The notes beneath the pieces are model-generated. The model saw only the letters and a list, made by a program, of their open reading frames with translations. It was not told where the DNA came from and ran no database searches. A stretch of 63,798 bases of DNA, filler included, from Choristocarpus tenellus KU-1152 (taxonomy: Eukaryota > Protista > Phaeophyceae): NCBI GenBank assembly GCA_964200185.2. It is 10 parts of 10 records of this genome, joined end to end, with 100 filler letters (N's around TTAATTAATTAA, not from the genome) between each part and the next. Parts side by side here need not be neighbours in the genome. Positions count along the whole stretch, not along the records: positions 60,134 to 63,798 come from CAXNAD020018633.1; 9 more parts are not named here. One strand, written 5' to 3'. Shown here one piece after another: positions 61,571 through 63,798 of the stretch (position 1 is the stretch's first letter; the number at the start of each line of letters is the position of its first letter). A program made the position numbers and the translations under genes.

Positions 61571-62400
61571 CAAGGGGTACCATTTGGTGCAATATGACCA
61601 TATCATATCATATCGTATTGATTTTGGCAGATCACCACAGTCAGTGTAAGAGAGAGAGCAAGGGGTACATTTGGTGCAATATGACCATATCATATCATAT
61701 CATATCATATCATATCATACCATATCGTATCATATCATGTTACCGCCATAAACTAGACCTCTAGGTTGTTCTGGGTAGCCGATTTCCACAATACATCGGA
61801 GATTGCAGTCGAATACATATCGCGAGGTTGGTAGATTAGTGTGGCGGTATGATTTATACCACTGCTGGTGGTATAAGCTGAACTTAGCATAAAGTCATTG
61901 GTTTCTGGCACAGTCATATGGTGAAGTCTAATCCACCCTGCCAGCAATCTCTACTTTATGCCCTCATAATGTTAGACGTATCTCTGTGGCAAACAAAGGC
62001 TATGCTTCCAGAAATGACAATTCATTAGTTTCCCAGCCTCTGGCATTGATGGAGTCTGTGGCATAATCTCTATACCAACAAATTGATAGTCACTAGTGAC
62101 TTCCTCCCCAGGGTCTCTTTCCTTGTTTCCTATTGCACCCCCCCCCCCCCCCCCCCCCCNNNNNNNNNNCCCTTCCCCCCTCCCTGGGTTCTTTTCCTTT
62201 TTTCCTATTCCCCCCCCCCCCCCCCCCCTGCAGTTTGTGGTACATGCATGGCATTGTGATTCTTGAGACCAAACCATTGACATTCTTTGTACAGCAGATA
62301 AGAACTAATCGCTAACCTGTGCATCTTCTTTGTCAAGATCTCCGAGCTGTGACCTGTTGCCCCTTGCTGATCCCACTCGAGAATCTTCCTGCTTCCTCCG
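60711..62400 (-). CDS. Possible exons of an unknown gene
   Basis: Candidate exons ~62400-62316 (...DLDKEDAQ|GT), 61416-61327 (CAG|VLKESGVRV...GDGEE|GT) and ~60787-60711. Only the first two join convincingly. Confidence 0.35.
61514..61740 (+). repeat. Tandem duplication with (GA)n and (CATAT)n microsatellites
   Basis: Unit GATTTTGGCAGATC.CCACAGTCAGTG-(GA)n-CAAGGGGTAC-ATTTGGTGCAATATGAC-(CATAT)n occurs twice, with different tract lengths. Confidence 0.9.
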
Positions 62401-63798
62401 TACCAAAAAAGGAATCCAACATTTGCCGTCGAGAAATTATTAAAGTGTGCCAGGGGGGGGGAGAGGAAGGGTCAGTGTACAAGGGCGACTAGGAAGTATT
62501 CATGGGCATGGGAACAAGAAATAATAAAAAGGCAATAAGAATACTATCAGAGGTTGGAATGGGGGGCCTTCATTAGGGTATTGAGGGGAGGTGGGGCAAA
62601 CATCTGAAAGAGTGGTAAGATGCTATTTTGGGGACATCACTAGGAAAGGAAGACGCAAATATTGAAGGGAGTAAGGGAGGGCAAGAAAAGGTATAAGCCA
62701 ATCTCAGTACCTCTTTTCGTGCAAAAAATGGTAAGATATACATACACACTGCGTAGTGAGGTAACAGCGACAATCAAGTTGATGGAGTAGTAGAAATGGC
62801 AGTAGTAGAAATAGCAGTAGTAACAGTATTTCTCAACTTTACAATTCAACCTAAGCCTTATGTCTCTATGTCTCCTATGTGTACATACACACACATGCGA
62901 TGGTCTCACCTTCTTTCATTCCGTGGTCAGAGAGGCGCCCCCCCGCCCACACACAACGAAAAATAATTAAAAAAAATGAAAAATAAAAAACTAAACAAAA
63001 AAAAAGCAATATTGGTTTTATATACATTTTTGAAACTAAGAACAAAACGCACCTAATTTGCATGCTTGAAATGCATCCAACATCGAACCAACTGTGTGCA
63101 CTACTAATTCCATAGCACGTTAAACCACACATAATACACCAACGCCTTCCAGGTTGTATTTCCACCTCACAACTCCGCCATATCAAGAACATGTACCCCG
63201 TATTCGTCATCAGTTCCACGTGTGGCAGGGCTCTCTTACGGGAAGAAGGGACAGGTGTAAAAAAATAATTATGGTTTGCAAGGACAATCTCTATGGAGGC
63301 GATAGCTCAAATCCTGACATAAGCAGGGTCCCCCATCGCATGGGTAGGCTCGGGGAGGGGATAACCCGATGGCATTTCAATGGCATGCCAAAACCACTTG
63401 AAGAGATGCATTCATTCATACATACATACACACATACAGAATAAACACATACATACATGCATAAATATATATATACATATTATCTATCTTGCTGAACTCA
63501 CACAAAACAACAACAGGGTTGAATTTCAACCAGATATAAACTACTTGACCCGCGGACTCCATGCAATGTTTAGCGCAGGGCACCAAGGGCAAAACACATC
63601 TGGGCACAGATCAAAACCCAACCATCACCACTACCTCCTCTAAGAACGGAAGCCAAAGGTTTATTCTACTACTCTCCCCCTCCAGTGGTGGCACTACATA
63701 CACAACCTGCATACACATCACATCACACACACGGGGGCGGGGGGCGGGGTGTAGAAGAAACCTTAGCATACCGTATCCTTTCCCCCGATCTTGTTGGC

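Overview
Repeat-rich eukaryotic nuclear DNA with GT-AG introns. It is most likely a brown alga or close stramenopile relative; this is inferred from EsV-1-7-like repeats, intron-rich genes and TTAGGG tracts. The window is not one continuous locus: nine identical 100-bp linkers (44 N + TTAATTAATTAA + 44 N) join ten contigs, so adjacency across linkers carries no weight and most genes are partial. Genes reconstructed by splicing: a TBC/Rab-GAP 3' half (6 exons, -), dephospho-CoA kinase (3 exons, +), a GH31 glycosidase fragment (3 exons, -), a membrane-anchored Cys-rich Nudix hydrolase (4 exons, -), the last exon of a GDA1/CD39 apyrase (-), an unknown 3-exon gene end (+) and an intron-containing tRNA-Tyr(GTA). 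The rest is mostly decayed mobile DNA: four Ty1/copia remnants, a mariner transposase remnant, RTE-type and CRE-type LINE fragments, solo LTRs and at least three MITE families. I found no prokaryote-type system (CRISPR array, defence operon). The best candidates for undescribed biology are (i) two MITE families with shared ends and 3-4 bp TSDs that fit no superfamily cleanly, one pair of which bounds an inversion inside a copia element, (ii) a complete non-autonomous LTR element carrying non-retroviral ORFs, (iii) the type II membrane Nudix with an 11-Cys domain, and (iv) a GH31 gene that runs head-on into the dephospho-CoA kinase gene before its catalytic motif. All alignments were done by eye; no databases were searched.
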